Of a stretch of DNA of 64,000 bases, positions 19,101-28,953 are shown one piece after another. The notes beneath the pieces were generated by a model, which saw only the letters and a program-made list of their open reading frames with translations, searched no databases and had not been told where the DNA came from. Source of the stretch: Longimicrobiales bacterium (GTDB lineage Bacteria > Gemmatimonadota > Gemmatimonadetes > Longimicrobiales > Gaopeijiaceae); the NCBI GenBank assembly GCA_041690395.1, contig JAWLHJ010000006.1, positions 166,530-230,529 of the forward strand. The letters are read 5' to 3'. A program made the translations under genes and the position numbers. Within the stretch, counting starts at the first letter, position 1, and each line of letters opens with the position of its first letter.

Positions 19101-19764
19101 AGCGGGACTTCACCCGCGCGATGGCGGCACTGGACGGTGGCGCTACCTGCTCGGCGGGGAACGACACGTCCGGGTTCTCGACCAGGAAGCCGAAGAGGTC
19201 GAAGAGCGCGGACGCGCGGAGGCCTGCTCCGGCGAGCGCCTCGAGCGCCGGGTCCTCCTCTCGCACGAGCCGTTCGAGATAGCCCTCCCAGAACTGTCGG
19301 CGCAGCACGAGGCGCTCGTCTGCCGCGAGCTCCTCGAAGCCCGGATCGAGCCCGATGTCGAGTGGACGCTCCCGCAGGAGGCGGCCGCAGAAGGCGTGGA
19401 TCGTGCCGACGAACGCCTGGTCGACCTCACGGAGCGCCTGCAACAACCGCTCCAGCACTTCGGCGTCGGCGCCCTCCAGGTCTCCGCCCGGCTCGCCCTC
19501 GGGCGCCCGGACCCGCCGCTCGAGCTCGGCCTGGAACCGCTCCCGGAGCTCGGCCGCGGCCTTGCGCGTGAACGTCACGGCGGCGATCTCACCCACCTGA
19601 GCCGTCCCGCTGGCCAGGAGCGCCACCATCCGGTTCACCAGCTCCGTCGTCTTTCCGGAGCCCGCGCCCGCCTCCACGAGGAGGTTGGCGTCCAGCTCCT
19701 CGGAGATGCGACTTCGGGCCGGAGCGTCCGGAAACGTGGGCGGGGAGTACGCTAGCTCTGTCAC
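16132..19764 (-). CDS. addA: ATP-dependent helicase/nuclease AddA-like (UvrD helicase + PD-(D/E)XK nuclease)
   Basis: EAGAGSGKT, VTFTRKAAAE, TIHAFC, LVDEFQD, VGDPKQSIYRFR, NFRS, HQAKGLE, YVAVTRA, GVIDL...VDYKT. GTG start at 19764. Confidence 0.88.
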   Translation of the reverse strand: MTELAYSPPTFPDAPARSRISEELDANLLVEAGAGSGKTTELVNRMVALLASGTAQVGEIAAVTFTRKAAAELRERFQAELERRVRAPEGEPGGDLEGADAEVLERLLQALREVDQAFVGTIHAFCGRLLRERPLDIGLDPGFEELAADERLVLRRQFWEGYLERLVREEDPALEALAGAGLRASALFDLFGFLVENPDVSFPAEQVAPPSSAAIARVKSRLEALVAKGWELMPEAVPDKDWDSLQKKVRSLRFTREITGWRDTPSFFEALAVICKDGPNGHRIVQKRWKERGLAKAYVDEVDEFSVGDTEATRLLAAWYEHRYALVIRLARRAAEAFWEYRRRSGRLDFQDLLVLSAELLRTRPDARRELGLRYRRLLVDEFQDTDPLQAEIMLLLASEPSDDDAEGGAAADRGDGRGDGPDWRRLTPRPGALFVVGDPKQSIYRFRRADIQLYQLVKERFADFGGVLELTTNFRSRPPIGALVNELFAADDFFPERATPEQAAFEPLNTLPERPGSGAEGVFVYDVQPDAYNRSAIAIDDAERLACWIRERVDAGERPPGSFMILTRQRMSIEAYARALEAWGLPVQVTGAGVGVEQELRELRAVLECMIDPTTSVKVVSALVGLFFGLDYELLLRHRLAGGVFDAMRPGADGDPEVLEALRRLNRWWRASNAEAADVFVGRLVREVGLLPFAAAGDLGSLRAGALVFMLDTVRAATLGGEAALPGALAALDAALALTDAEAPLEPGKPDAVRVMNLHQAKGLEADVVVLADPSGDQDRTPRQHVRRTADGSAFGYLKVYEPGFGGQPGATLALPADWFRWEADERAFEAAENTRLLYVAVTRAREELWIARRADKPHESPWSALGPWVEKAAEVVALERREAPPAKELDAASVDLARDEAARAVERLRRAGEERYSFVSVTSAAKEGGADGAGPDHMGRDRAVSDQAGRDGGGPRPRPGSRASGYDTRASRFRGFSWGSVVHGALAVASEGHDPDALRAAYRSLLVEHGRPVDDHGDPLELVELTELVDAVRESDVWARAVRASRVFTEIPLALRDGVRVEPRRESRPSPAPSGRNGPRQLDLFGASAPEPGTVPASDDGPAPAGASRHEAALDAPSDHEPAEDPDAPREGPARVLEGVIDLVFEEADGWVVVDYKTDVGTDPHFAERVDGYRRQVDLYADAWGSLTGDPVKERVLFFTTQGRVERW

Positions 19765-19809
19765 GCAGGCAATCTGGTCCGCGGTCCTCCGCGGGGGAAG
19801 GTTCGGTCC

Positions 19810-20949
19810 ATGGACAACCTCACGCACACGCTGGTCGGGGCGGCGGTGGCCCGTTCGGGTCCGGCGCGTGGCGTCCCGCTCGCGATGGGCACGCTCGTCG
19901 TGGCGGCGAACGCCCCGGACGTCGACGTGCTGTCGTTCGTGCACGGCCCTTACTTCGCGCTCGAGTTCAGGCGCGGCATCACCCATGGATGGCCGGCGCT
20001 GGTAGCCCTCACCGTCGCGGTGGCGGGCGGCGCCATGGCATGGGATCGGTGGGTCCGGGCACGGCGGGATCCCGAGTCGTCCCGCGCGCGCTGGGTCCCT
20101 CTGTCGCTGCTCGCCGGAATCGGGGTTCTGAGCCATCCCGTTCTCGACTGGATGAACAGCTACGGCATGCGATGGGGGATGCCCTTCAGCGACGCGTGGA
20201 GCTACGGAGACACGCTGTTCATCATCGATCCGTTGATCTGGCTCGCCCTCGGAGCCGCGGTCTACCTGTCCGGATCCCGTCAGCGGGCGGGCGTTCTGCT
20301 CTGGGGAGCGCTGGCGGCCGTGACCACGGCCCTGGTGCTCGTCGGCCCCGTGCCCTGGCCGACCCGTGTGCTCTGGTGCGTGGCCGTCGTCGCCACCGGC
20401 CTCGCCGGAGTCCGACGCGGACCCGGCGGCACCACGCCTGAAACACCTGCACGGACCACCCGTGGGCCGGTCTGGGCGCTCGCCGCCGTCACGCTGTACA
20501 TCGGAGCGGGCGTCGTCGCGGGTCGGGCCGCCGAGTCCCAGGTCCGCGCCGAAGCCGCGTCCCTCGGCCTCGAGGTCCGCGACGTCATGGTGACCGCGCT
20601 CCCCGGGGCTCCGGGCGCATCCGAGGTCGAGGTGCGCACCGCCGCCGGATACGTGCCGGGGAGCCACAGCTGGTGGGTACGTGACCGGGTAGCCCTCCAT
20701 CCGGACCGCCTGGTGCCGACCCGGTCGGTCGCGGGCTCTCCCGACGCCGAGCCTCCTGCCGGGGTCCTGGAAGCCGCCAGCCGCGACCCCGACGTCCGTA
20801 GCTACCTGGTCTGGGCGCGCTACCCGTTCTTCGTGGCGGAGCCACGGGGCGACGCGTGGCTCGTCCGGGTCGGTGACGCACGCTACGATGCACGGGGCGG
20901 CGGGAGCCTAAGCGGTGTGGAGACCCTCGTCGAGACGGAGGCGCCGTGA
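19810..20949 (+). CDS. Membrane-bound metal-dependent hydrolase (YdjM-like)
   Basis: MDNLTH, PDVD, RRGITH, SHPVLDWMNSYG and TM helices. Confidence 0.88.
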   Translation: MDNLTHTLVGAAVARSGPARGVPLAMGTLVVAANAPDVDVLSFVHGPYFALEFRRGITHGWPALVALTVAVAGGAMAWDRWVRARRDPESSRARWVPLSLLAGIGVLSHPVLDWMNSYGMRWGMPFSDAWSYGDTLFIIDPLIWLALGAAVYLSGSRQRAGVLLWGALAAVTTALVLVGPVPWPTRVLWCVAVVATGLAGVRRGPGGTTPETPARTTRGPVWALAAVTLYIGAGVVAGRAAESQVRAEAASLGLEVRDVMVTALPGAPGASEVEVRTAAGYVPGSHSWWVRDRVALHPDRLVPTRSVAGSPDAEPPAGVLEAASRDPDVRSYLVWARYPFFVAEPRGDAWLVRVGDARYDARGGGSLSGVETLVETEAP

Positions 20950-21899
20950 AAGTCCGTCCTCCCACACTGGCCGACGTCGAAGCGGCACGGATCCGCATCG
21001 CCGGGACCGCGCGTCACACCCCGCTCATCCCCTTCGGATTACCGGATGAGCCTGCGGACGTTCACGTGAAGCTGGAGTGCTTGCAGCCTACCGGCGCCTT
21101 CAAGATCCGTGGCGCCCTGAACGCCGTCGCGCTCGCCGGTCGCGACGCGATCGCCGCAGGCGTCTACACCGGAAGCGCCGGCAACATGGCGCAGGGCCTG
21201 GCGCATGCCGCGCGCGTCCAGGGCGTTCCCTGCCGCGTGATCGTTCCGGACAGTGCGCCCGCCACCAAGCTCCGTGCCATCGAGCGACTCGGAGCCGAGA
21301 TCCTCGCCGTGCCCTACGACGTCTGGTGGTCGGTGCTGGAGAACCACGGCTACCCCGGCGAAGCCGGCTATTTCATCCACCCGGTGGCCGACACCGGGGT
21401 CATCGCCGGGAACGGCACCGTCGGTCTCGAGCTCCTCGACGACCTTCCCGACGTGGCCGCGGTGGTCGTCCCCTTCGGCGGAGGCGGGCAGGCCTGCGGG
21501 ATCGCGACGGCGGTCAAGGCACTCCGTCCCGACGTGCGCGTGCTCGCCGCGGAGGTGGAGACCGCGGCGCCTCTGCGCGCGTCCCTCGAGCTGGGACGGC
21601 CGACGTCGATCGAGCGCCGTCCGTCGTTCGTGGACGGGATCGGGGGGTCGAGCGTGCTCGACTCGATGTGGCCGCTGGTCTCCACGCTGCTCGACGGCTC
21701 GATCGTGGTATCGCTCGCGCAGGTGCGCGCAGCGATCCGGATGCTGGCCCGTGACGTCCACGTGGTGGCGGAAGGCGCCGGGGCCGCCGCCCTCGCGGCG
21801 GCACTCACCGGAGAGGCCGGACCCGGGCCGGTCGTGGCGGTGATCTCGGGCGGCAACATCGACCCACCGGTCCTCGCTGAGATCCTCGGCGAGGAGTAG
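20946..21899 (+). CDS. PLP-dependent threonine/serine dehydratase family enzyme
   Basis: KLECLQPTGAFKIRGA, SAGNMAQG, PFGGGG, EGAGA, ISGGNID; no regulatory ACT domain. Confidence 0.9.
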   Translation: MKVRPPTLADVEAARIRIAGTARHTPLIPFGLPDEPADVHVKLECLQPTGAFKIRGALNAVALAGRDAIAAGVYTGSAGNMAQGLAHAARVQGVPCRVIVPDSAPATKLRAIERLGAEILAVPYDVWWSVLENHGYPGEAGYFIHPVADTGVIAGNGTVGLELLDDLPDVAAVVVPFGGGGQACGIATAVKALRPDVRVLAAEVETAAPLRASLELGRPTSIERRPSFVDGIGGSSVLDSMWPLVSTLLDGSIVVSLAQVRAAIRMLARDVHVVAEGAGAAALAAALTGEAGPGPVVAVISGGNIDPPVLAEILGEE

Positions 21900-21902
21900 G
21901 CG

Positions 21903-24900
21903 CTACTCCTCGAACGAGCGTGCGGCCACGAGGTGCGAGAAGGTGGGGTCCACGCCGGTCCCGGCCCGCTCCTTCGACCACGCCGCCGGCGGTGAGGCCA
22001 CCTTGCCGAAGCGCAGCGGCCGCACGCGGCAGATCTCGGCGAAGTCGCAGAGCTTGCAGTCGTCGGGGTCGTCGGTGGGCACGAAACGGCCCGCGGCCAC
22101 GCCGTCGAGCATGTGCGCCAGCAGGGCCGGCGCGCCCGCCAGCTCCCGGCGCCGGAACGCATGGATCTCGTGCTCTCCCCTCAGGGTCGGGAAGTGGTAC
22201 TCGCCGGCCACGACCTGGGCGCCGAGCCTCGTCTCGACGGCGTGCGCGTAAAGGGCATGCTGGAGACGACGACCTCCGTTGAAGACGCCGCTCGTCCCGA
22301 AGTTCCGGGGCACTCCGGTCTTGTAGTCGACGACTCGGATCCCGTCCATCCCGGCGTCGTCGACACGATCCACCACACCCCGGTACCGCAGCCCGCCCCC
22401 CTCGAGCTCCAGAACCACGGGCGCGTCGTCGTCGAAGCCGAAGCCGAACTCGAGCCGTACCCAGGGCGCCCCGTGCTCGCGGACCATCCGGACGAACGAC
22501 GACACGTCGTCCCGGAGAGCCGCCAGCTCCCGCGCGAGCGTGCCCTCTCCGGGAACCGGGAGCTCGTCCATCATGTGCGTCGCAGCCTCGTCGAGACACT
22601 CGAACGCGAGGCGCTCGAAGTCCTCGTCTCCCACCCCGATGCCCTGCTCCTTGGCGCCACGGAGGAGGCGCTCGAAGACACGGTGGAGCAGAACCCCCCG
22701 CTCCCGGTGGCCGAGCCATCGGTCCGGGTCGCTCTCCGGGTCGTCGGGGGGATACAGCCCCAGCACCGTCCGTTGCAGGTACCGTAGGGGGCAGCTCCCG
22801 AGTCCCTCGAGTCGGCCGCTCGACAGCACGAGCTCCTCGTTCCGGCGGGGATCGAGGAGATCCGGTCTCGGCGTGAGTACGCCGTGGTCCGGCCCCGGCG
22901 GTCCCGAGCTCCGGCGCACGGCCGCGGCCACGCCGGCGCCCAGGTCGGGATACGCCTCGCACACGGAGTCCACGCCGGAAAGGAGCACCGGTCCGGCACC
23001 GAGCAGTCCCATCCACGCGTCGTCCTCGTCCAGACACGGACGCTTGGTGGCGGGTATGGCGCACACTACTGCGCCCAGCTCCTCGCGGAGCGCCTCGAAC
23101 GTCGAGGAGAGCGTTCCGCGCGACAGGCGGTAGGCCTGCAGCAGGAAGGGAGAGGGCCCCATGGCCCGGGCGTCGGCCGAGCTCCAAGCGGGATGACTGA
23201 GGGTCACCTCACCCCTCAGGCGGGCGAAGAGCGCCGACAGCCTGAAGGCCCGCTCGCGGAAGATCTCCCCGGAGGTCGGCAGGGCACGGCCGAGGATCCG
23301 ACGGTCCGAGTCCAGCAGGAGCGGGTCCTGACCCGCGTGTCCGGGAACCCGGTCGGCGTCCATACCCACGAAGAAGACGGCCTCGCGCCCCGTGTAGCCG
23401 CCGTGCTCGAAGTCCGTGAGGTGGAGGTGTCCGCCTTCCGAAGCCCACGGAGCCCCCTGCGCGTCGGCGGCGCCGTCGGCGTCCGGCACCTCGGCGCGAA
23501 CGCGGATCTCCAGGTGCTGCCGGAGAATGGCCAGGGCACCCCGGAAGTGGGTCCGGCGCCTGAGCGTGGACTCGACCCGCTCGAGGATCCGGAGCACCTC
23601 GTCACGCGCGGCTCGCTCGGGCCCCCGCCCGCGGGGGACCCTCCTCAAGAAGGCCCGGAGTCCCCTCGCCAGCTCGGCGGGCGAAACGGGGCGGCCGGGC
23701 TCGGTCGCCCGATCCGGGACCCTCGGCGTCTCCCGCAGCACCGGAAAGAGGATCGATCGCAGCGCGGCCAGCTCCTCTCGTATCCGCTTCCTCCGGCGCT
23801 CGAAGGTGTCCTCGGCCTCGTTGCGCCGGCGCTCGATACGGTCCACCGCCTCCAGCGAATCACGGATCCTCGAGCGGTAGCGCCGCCGCCCCCACCCGAT
23901 ACGGAGCCGCCGGAAGCGCCGGGCGAGCACGGCGGGGGGCACCGGTGCCTGCGACCGGGCGGGTCGGAGATCCCCCGCCTCCAACAGCCTCCGGATGGGC
24001 GCGGCCTGGAAGCCCTCGGCCACCCAGTCGAGGTATGCGTGGACGACCCGTCCGACGCGGGTGCGCTCGACCGGGAGCCCGACCCCGTACGTGACCGGGA
24101 TCCCGAGCGTGAGCGAGAGGGCATGTAGCGCCGAGCCGTACGCGGCGGCGTCCGACGTCACGATCTCGACCTGGTCCCACCTGAGCCCCCGTTCCACGAC
24201 ACGCCTCAGGACCTCACGTAGCTCGTCGGTCACCGAGGCGGCGTGGAAGAACGAAACCCGGGGGCGCTCGACCGTCTCGGGTATCTCCCCGGGAGCGTCG
24301 ACGAAGGCGTGCCCGCTCGCGGCTCCACCCCGGCTCCACAGCACCGTCCCGGGCACCTCGCGCCCGACCGGATGATCCGTTTCGAGGACCCGCGCCCCCT
24401 TGCTCGCCAGCGCTCCGATCAGCTTCCCGGCCAGGCCGCGCGCGCCCAGCCCCGGCTGGAGAAGCACCGCATCGGCATCGAGGAGCGCCAACGGATCGAG
24501 ACCGTTCTGGAGCTCCGACGCGGCGAGTTCCAGAACGCCGGCCGTGTCGAGGCGGGCGCGCTCGACCAGGATCCGCTCGTACCGGCGCAACACGGAGGCG
24601 ATCATCGCCCGCTTCTCCGTGTCGGCGAGGCGGGCTCGCTGCACGGCCGCCGCGTCGATTCCGGCCAGGCGGAGCGCGAGGACGGCCTCGTGCACACGCT
24701 CCCGGAAGCCGACGCTCTCGGAGAGCTCGGCCCAGACGCCGCGGGCGCCGAGGAGGGCGGCGTCGAGCGCGTCGTCCAGGAACGAGTGCTGCTCGAAGGG
24801 GTCGAGCGCTGTCACCCCGCGGCGCGCCATCGCGTCGCTCGCCACGCGAAGGGCCAGCGGGCGCGGCGTGGCGACCTCGAAGCCGACCCAGCCTCCTCGC

Positions 24901-25043
24901 TCCAGCGCCAGCCGGCGAAGGAGCTCGCGCCCGCCTCCCATGGTGGGCGTCACCAGCACCTTCCGGCCCACCGGGTGGCGCCTGGCCTCGCGCGCCAGCG
25001 AGGCTATGAGGTGGGACGAAGTGGCTGGATCGATCCGGGGCAT
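21903..25043 (-). CDS. addB: AddB-like PD-(D/E)XK nuclease subunit with Fe-S cysteines
   Basis: Degenerate helicase-like N-region; SCPLRY, RGVLLH, GVVDRVD, VDYKTG, LQHALY and C-x2-C-x5-C (CKLCDFAEIC). Confidence 0.82.
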   Translation of the reverse strand: MPRIDPATSSHLIASLAREARRHPVGRKVLVTPTMGGGRELLRRLALERGGWVGFEVATPRPLALRVASDAMARRGVTALDPFEQHSFLDDALDAALLGARGVWAELSESVGFRERVHEAVLALRLAGIDAAAVQRARLADTEKRAMIASVLRRYERILVERARLDTAGVLELAASELQNGLDPLALLDADAVLLQPGLGARGLAGKLIGALASKGARVLETDHPVGREVPGTVLWSRGGAASGHAFVDAPGEIPETVERPRVSFFHAASVTDELREVLRRVVERGLRWDQVEIVTSDAAAYGSALHALSLTLGIPVTYGVGLPVERTRVGRVVHAYLDWVAEGFQAAPIRRLLEAGDLRPARSQAPVPPAVLARRFRRLRIGWGRRRYRSRIRDSLEAVDRIERRRNEAEDTFERRRKRIREELAALRSILFPVLRETPRVPDRATEPGRPVSPAELARGLRAFLRRVPRGRGPERAARDEVLRILERVESTLRRRTHFRGALAILRQHLEIRVRAEVPDADGAADAQGAPWASEGGHLHLTDFEHGGYTGREAVFFVGMDADRVPGHAGQDPLLLDSDRRILGRALPTSGEIFRERAFRLSALFARLRGEVTLSHPAWSSADARAMGPSPFLLQAYRLSRGTLSSTFEALREELGAVVCAIPATKRPCLDEDDAWMGLLGAGPVLLSGVDSVCEAYPDLGAGVAAAVRRSSGPPGPDHGVLTPRPDLLDPRRNEELVLSSGRLEGLGSCPLRYLQRTVLGLYPPDDPESDPDRWLGHRERGVLLHRVFERLLRGAKEQGIGVGDEDFERLAFECLDEAATHMMDELPVPGEGTLARELAALRDDVSSFVRMVREHGAPWVRLEFGFGFDDDAPVVLELEGGGLRYRGVVDRVDDAGMDGIRVVDYKTGVPRNFGTSGVFNGGRRLQHALYAHAVETRLGAQVVAGEYHFPTLRGEHEIHAFRRRELAGAPALLAHMLDGVAAGRFVPTDDPDDCKLCDFAEICRVRPLRFGKVASPPAAWSKERAGTGVDPTFSHLVAARSFEE

Positions 25044-25176
25044 GCGACTCGGGGAAGGCGGCGTGGTCTGGCGGGGCTCGACGGCAAGATAAAGGGGCCG
25101 ATGGCAATCGCCACCGACCCCTCCACTACTGCCTGCCGCGACGGCCCGCGCTCAGCGCGCGGCCGTCGGCCGGACG

Positions 25177-27363
25177 TTACTTCACGAACAGCATGTCGCG
25201 GTACGTCGGAACCGGCCAGTAGTCGTCCGGAACCACGCGCTCGAGCCGATCCACGACGTCACGGACCTCGGTGAGCGCCGGAATGATGTTGTTCCGCATG
25301 TGCTCGGCCTTCGACACCACGTCGTCGCCACCCAGCTCCTGATTCTGCTCGGCCAGGACCCCGACCTTCTGCGTCAGCCGGTCGATGAGCTCGTTCACCC
25401 GACGCGCGGTCGTGAGCACGCCCTCGGCGACCATGCCGAGGTCGTCGGCGCTCTCGGCCGTCTGGAGCAGGTCGCTCAGGTACCGCTGGGCCGCCGGCAG
25501 ATACATGGTCTGCGCCATGTGCTGTCCGGTCTCGCCCTCGATGTTGATCGTCATGAAGAACTGCTCCACGAAGATCTCGTAGCGGGACTCCAGCTCGCGC
25601 GCCGACAGGACGCCGTACTTCTCGAAGAGCGCCGCGTTCTTCTCGGCCACCAGGTGCGGAAGGGCGTCCATCGCCGTCTTGAGGTTGAGCAGCCCTCTAC
25701 GCTCCGCCTCTTCGACCCACTCCTGAGAGTAGTTGTCGCCGTTGAAGATGATGTGCTTGAACTCGTGGATCTCCTCCGCCAACAGCGTGCGAAGGGCGTC
25801 CTCGAAGGCGGTACCCTTCTCCAGCGCCCCCTCGAGCTTCGTGCTCAGGTCGTCGATGGCCTCCGCGACGATCGTGTTCAGGACCGTCGCCGGACCCGAC
25901 ACGCTCTGCGACGACCCCACGGCCCGGAACTCCCACTTGTTACCGGTGAACGCGAACGGCGAGGTCCGGTTCCGGTCGCCCGCGTGCTTCGGGAGCTTCG
26001 GGAGCGCGTCGACGCCGAGACCGAGCAGTCCCGACTTCTTGCTGGTCTTGGCCTCGCCAGCCTTCTCGATCTGCTCGAAGATGTCGTGCAGCTGGTCACC
26101 GCAGAACGCCGAGATGATCGCCGGCGGCGCTTCGTTGGCGCCAAGACGGTGGTCGTTCCCGGCATGGGCGATGCTGGCCCGCAGCAGGTCCTGGTGCTTG
26201 GCCACGGCCTTGAGGACCGCGGACGTGAAGAACAGGAACTGGATGTTCTCGTGCGGCGTCTCGCCCGGCTCGAGCAGGTTCTGCTCGCTGGTGCCGAACG
26301 ACCAGTTGAGGTGCTTGCCACTTCCGTTCACGCCCTGGAACGGCTTCTCGTGCAGCAGGCACACGAGGCCGTACTTCCGGGCCACGCGCCGCAGCGTCGA
26401 CATCATGAGCTGCTGATGGTCGGCCGCCTGGTTCGCGTCCTCGAAGATCGGCGCCATCTCGTACTGACCGGGCGCGACCTCGTTGTGTCGCGTCGTCACC
26501 GGGATCCCGATCTTGTAGAGCTCGAACTCGACTTCGTTCATGTACTCGAGCACACGCGCCGGAATCGAGCCGAAATAGTGGTCGTCCATCTCCTGACCCT
26601 TCGGCGGTCTCGTACCGAACAGGGTACGGCCGGACGTCATCAGGTCGGGCCGGCGGTAGAAGAACTCCTCGTCGATGAGGAAGAACTCCTGCTCCGGGCC
26701 ACAGGTGGCGCGGACCGCCAGGGGCGGCGAGCCGAAGAGCTCGAGGGCGCGGCGTGCCTGCTTGTCCAGCGCATGGATCGAGCGGAGGAGCGGCGTCTTC
26801 TTGTCGAGCGCGTCGCCCGTCCAGGAAGCGAACGCCGTCGGAATGCACAGGTAGGCTCCGCCGGGTCCCTCCATGAGGAACGCGGGGGACGTCGGATCCC
26901 AGGCGGTATAGCCGCGGGCTTCGAACGTGGCGCGAAGGCCGCCGGACGGGAACGAAGATGCGTCGGGCTCGCCCTGGACCAGAGCAGCCCCGGTGAACTC
27001 CGTGATGGCTCGCCCGTCACCGGTCGGCTTCACGAACGAGTCGTGCTTCTCGGCCGTGAGGCCGGTCAGCGGCTGGAACCAATGCGTGAAGTGCGTGGCG
27101 CCCTTCTCCAAAGCCCAGTCCTTCATCGCGATCGCGACGGCGTCGGCCACCGACGGGTCGAGCTCCGTGCCGTTCTGGATAGTCGCGAGAAGCGCCTTGT
27201 ACTGGGGCTTCGGGAGGCGGGACTTCATCTGGTGGAGGCCGAAGAGGTTCTCCCCGAAGACCTCCTCGAGGTCGATCCGCTTGTGCGGAGCGCCGTTCTC
27301 CTGAGGCGTGGGAGTGTACTTCGCTGCGGCCAGCGTATCGAAGCGTGGGGTGGTCCTGGGCAT
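25177..27363 (-). CDS. glnA: Glutamine synthetase type III
   Basis: 728 aa; [71 protein letters not shown]. Confidence 0.96.
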   Translation of the reverse strand: MPRTTPRFDTLAAAKYTPTPQENGAPHKRIDLEEVFGENLFGLHQMKSRLPKPQYKALLATIQNGTELDPSVADAVAIAMKDWALEKGATHFTHWFQPLTGLTAEKHDSFVKPTGDGRAITEFTGAALVQGEPDASSFPSGGLRATFEARGYTAWDPTSPAFLMEGPGGAYLCIPTAFASWTGDALDKKTPLLRSIHALDKQARRALELFGSPPLAVRATCGPEQEFFLIDEEFFYRRPDLMTSGRTLFGTRPPKGQEMDDHYFGSIPARVLEYMNEVEFELYKIGIPVTTRHNEVAPGQYEMAPIFEDANQAADHQQLMMSTLRRVARKYGLVCLLHEKPFQGVNGSGKHLNWSFGTSEQNLLEPGETPHENIQFLFFTSAVLKAVAKHQDLLRASIAHAGNDHRLGANEAPPAIISAFCGDQLHDIFEQIEKAGEAKTSKKSGLLGLGVDALPKLPKHAGDRNRTSPFAFTGNKWEFRAVGSSQSVSGPATVLNTIVAEAIDDLSTKLEGALEKGTAFEDALRTLLAEEIHEFKHIIFNGDNYSQEWVEEAERRGLLNLKTAMDALPHLVAEKNAALFEKYGVLSARELESRYEIFVEQFFMTINIEGETGQHMAQTMYLPAAQRYLSDLLQTAESADDLGMVAEGVLTTARRVNELIDRLTQKVGVLAEQNQELGGDDVVSKAEHMRNNIIPALTEVRDVVDRLERVVPDDYWPVPTYRDMLFVK

Positions 27364-27440
27364 GTGGCGTACCTCTTGGTGCTTTGGGGTGTGTCAAGAC
27401 GTGAAGCTGACGCCTCGCACCCCGAACCTCAAGGCACAAC

Positions 27441-27478
27441 TAGCGAAATATCGTTACGCTAATTTATCTTACGCTAAT
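27441..27478. promoter_or_regulatory. Putative operator with repeated TTACGCTA half-sites
   Basis: TTACGCTAAT at 27454 and 27469, plus an inverted near-copy TAGCGAAA at 27441, in the AT-rich divergent promoter region. Confidence 0.5.
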
Positions 27479-27491
27479 GACAGCCTCAGAC

Positions 27492-28946
27492 ATGCACGGT
27501 GTCTTTCACGGGCGCAGCCGTGAAACCGGACGCCTTCGGTCCAGCTGTGACGCTCTCGAAGCATCGTTGCTGCGCGTCGGGGGGATGCGCGGCGTCGGGA
27601 AGTCGGCGCTGGTCCTGAGGGCCCTGCGGGACTTCGACCACCTCGTGGTCCGGATCCCGGCGCTTCCGGCCCCGTTCCAGCGGACCGCCCTCCGACGCGC
27701 ACTGAGGGAGCAGGAAGGCGCCGCGCGCCGGTCGGACGCGGGAGACGAGTCGGCCGACGCGGCCGACGCCATCAACGAGGCACCGTCCTGGGAAGAGCTC
27801 TTCACCCGCGCCGCGTCGCGGGCCCGCCCGGGTCGACCACCCTACGTGCTCGTGCTCGACGACTGCCACCGCCTCTCGGAGTCCCGAGCCCGGTTCGAGC
27901 GCCCCCTCCTTGCGTGCCTGCACCGTGCCCGAGCAGAGCACCGGCCCTTTCACGTGATCCTGGTCGGGCCGGACACGCCCGGAGACGGCTCGCCGATCGA
28001 GGACGACCCCACCTTCGGGGACGCCGAGACCATCACGTTGGCGCCGCTCCCGTTCCGCGCCGCGCAACCGATGCTCCCGCGAGGCACTCCGCGCGACATG
28101 ACTCGTGCCTACGGCGTGCTCGGCGGGATTCCCCGCGTGCTCGAGGCCGTCGACCGCGACGTCACGCTCGAAACCAACATCCGCCGGATGACCCTCGATT
28201 CCGGAGCGCCCTTCGCGGACGTCCCCGCCCGGTGGCTCGAGCGCGATCTCCAGACCCCGAGCAGGTACAATGCCGTCCTGGCCCGGCTCGCGCTCGGCGA
28301 ATGCGACTGGGGGGCGCTGCACCAGGCGGTGCCCGATCTGACGTCGAGTGGCCAGCTCGCTCCGTACGTCCGTCGACTCGAGGAGCTCGGTCTCGTGGAG
28401 GTGCGTCGCTCCCTCGACGCGGCGCCGACGAGTCGAGCTCGCCGCTACCAGATCGCGGACCCCTTTCTCGCGTTCTGGTACCGCTTCATTCACCCGCTCC
28501 CCTATGCGCCACCCGGCTCACGTGACCGCGCGGAGGTCGTCGTGCGCGATATCCGGCGTCGCCTCGACCCGCACCTCGAGCACGTGTTCCCCCTCATCTG
28601 CCGCCAGCACATGGAACACGACGCGATCGGGACCCTCGGAGCCAACGCCCGGGAGCTGGGTAGCCTCTGGGCAACGCGGTACGACATTCCTGTCGCGGGG
28701 ATCCTCACGTCTGGCGCCGCATTCTACGGTGGCTGTCTCTGGCGGGCGCCTCAACGGGGAGAAGATCCGCTCGGCCCTCTGGACCTGTCCGCCCGCGAGA
28801 CGCGCTACGGCTTCGGGCGAGAGCACCGCCTCCGCATCCTTTTCACCAGCACACCGCCACCCCGGTGGCTGGAGCGAGCGGTCATGCGCGGCGAACAGGC
28901 GATGCTGCTCGGGCCCGACCAGCTCGTCGGTACGTCCGTGGAGTGA
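27492..28946 (+). CDS. AAA-type ATPase with wHTH and a C-terminal endonuclease-like domain (ATPase_2/DUF234-like)
   Basis: FHGRSRE, GMRGVGKS Walker A, VLVLDD Walker B, GGIPR, YQIADPFLAFWYRF. Alternative ATG at 27477. Confidence 0.8.
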   Translation: MHGVFHGRSRETGRLRSSCDALEASLLRVGGMRGVGKSALVLRALRDFDHLVVRIPALPAPFQRTALRRALREQEGAARRSDAGDESADAADAINEAPSWEELFTRAASRARPGRPPYVLVLDDCHRLSESRARFERPLLACLHRARAEHRPFHVILVGPDTPGDGSPIEDDPTFGDAETITLAPLPFRAAQPMLPRGTPRDMTRAYGVLGGIPRVLEAVDRDVTLETNIRRMTLDSGAPFADVPARWLERDLQTPSRYNAVLARLALGECDWGALHQAVPDLTSSGQLAPYVRRLEELGLVEVRRSLDAAPTSRARRYQIADPFLAFWYRFIHPLPYAPPGSRDRAEVVVRDIRRRLDPHLEHVFPLICRQHMEHDAIGTLGANARELGSLWATRYDIPVAGILTSGAAFYGGCLWRAPQRGEDPLGPLDLSARETRYGFGREHRLRILFTSTPPPRWLERAVMRGEQAMLLGPDQLVGTSVE

Positions 28947-28953
28947 CCCGGAT

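Noticed and set aside
16711..19755. 1014-aa plus-strand ORF
   Set aside because: Antisense to addA; no motifs.
19765..20700. Apparent 310-aa N-terminal extension of AddA
   Set aside because: Shadow of the plus-strand hydrolase; helicase homology starts near 19764.
21903..25043. Cas4 or a defence nuclease
   Set aside because: The Fe-S nuclease domain ends a 1046-aa protein near an AddA-like helicase, which fits AddB.
25300..27462. 720-aa plus-strand ORF
   Set aside because: Antisense to glutamine synthetase III.
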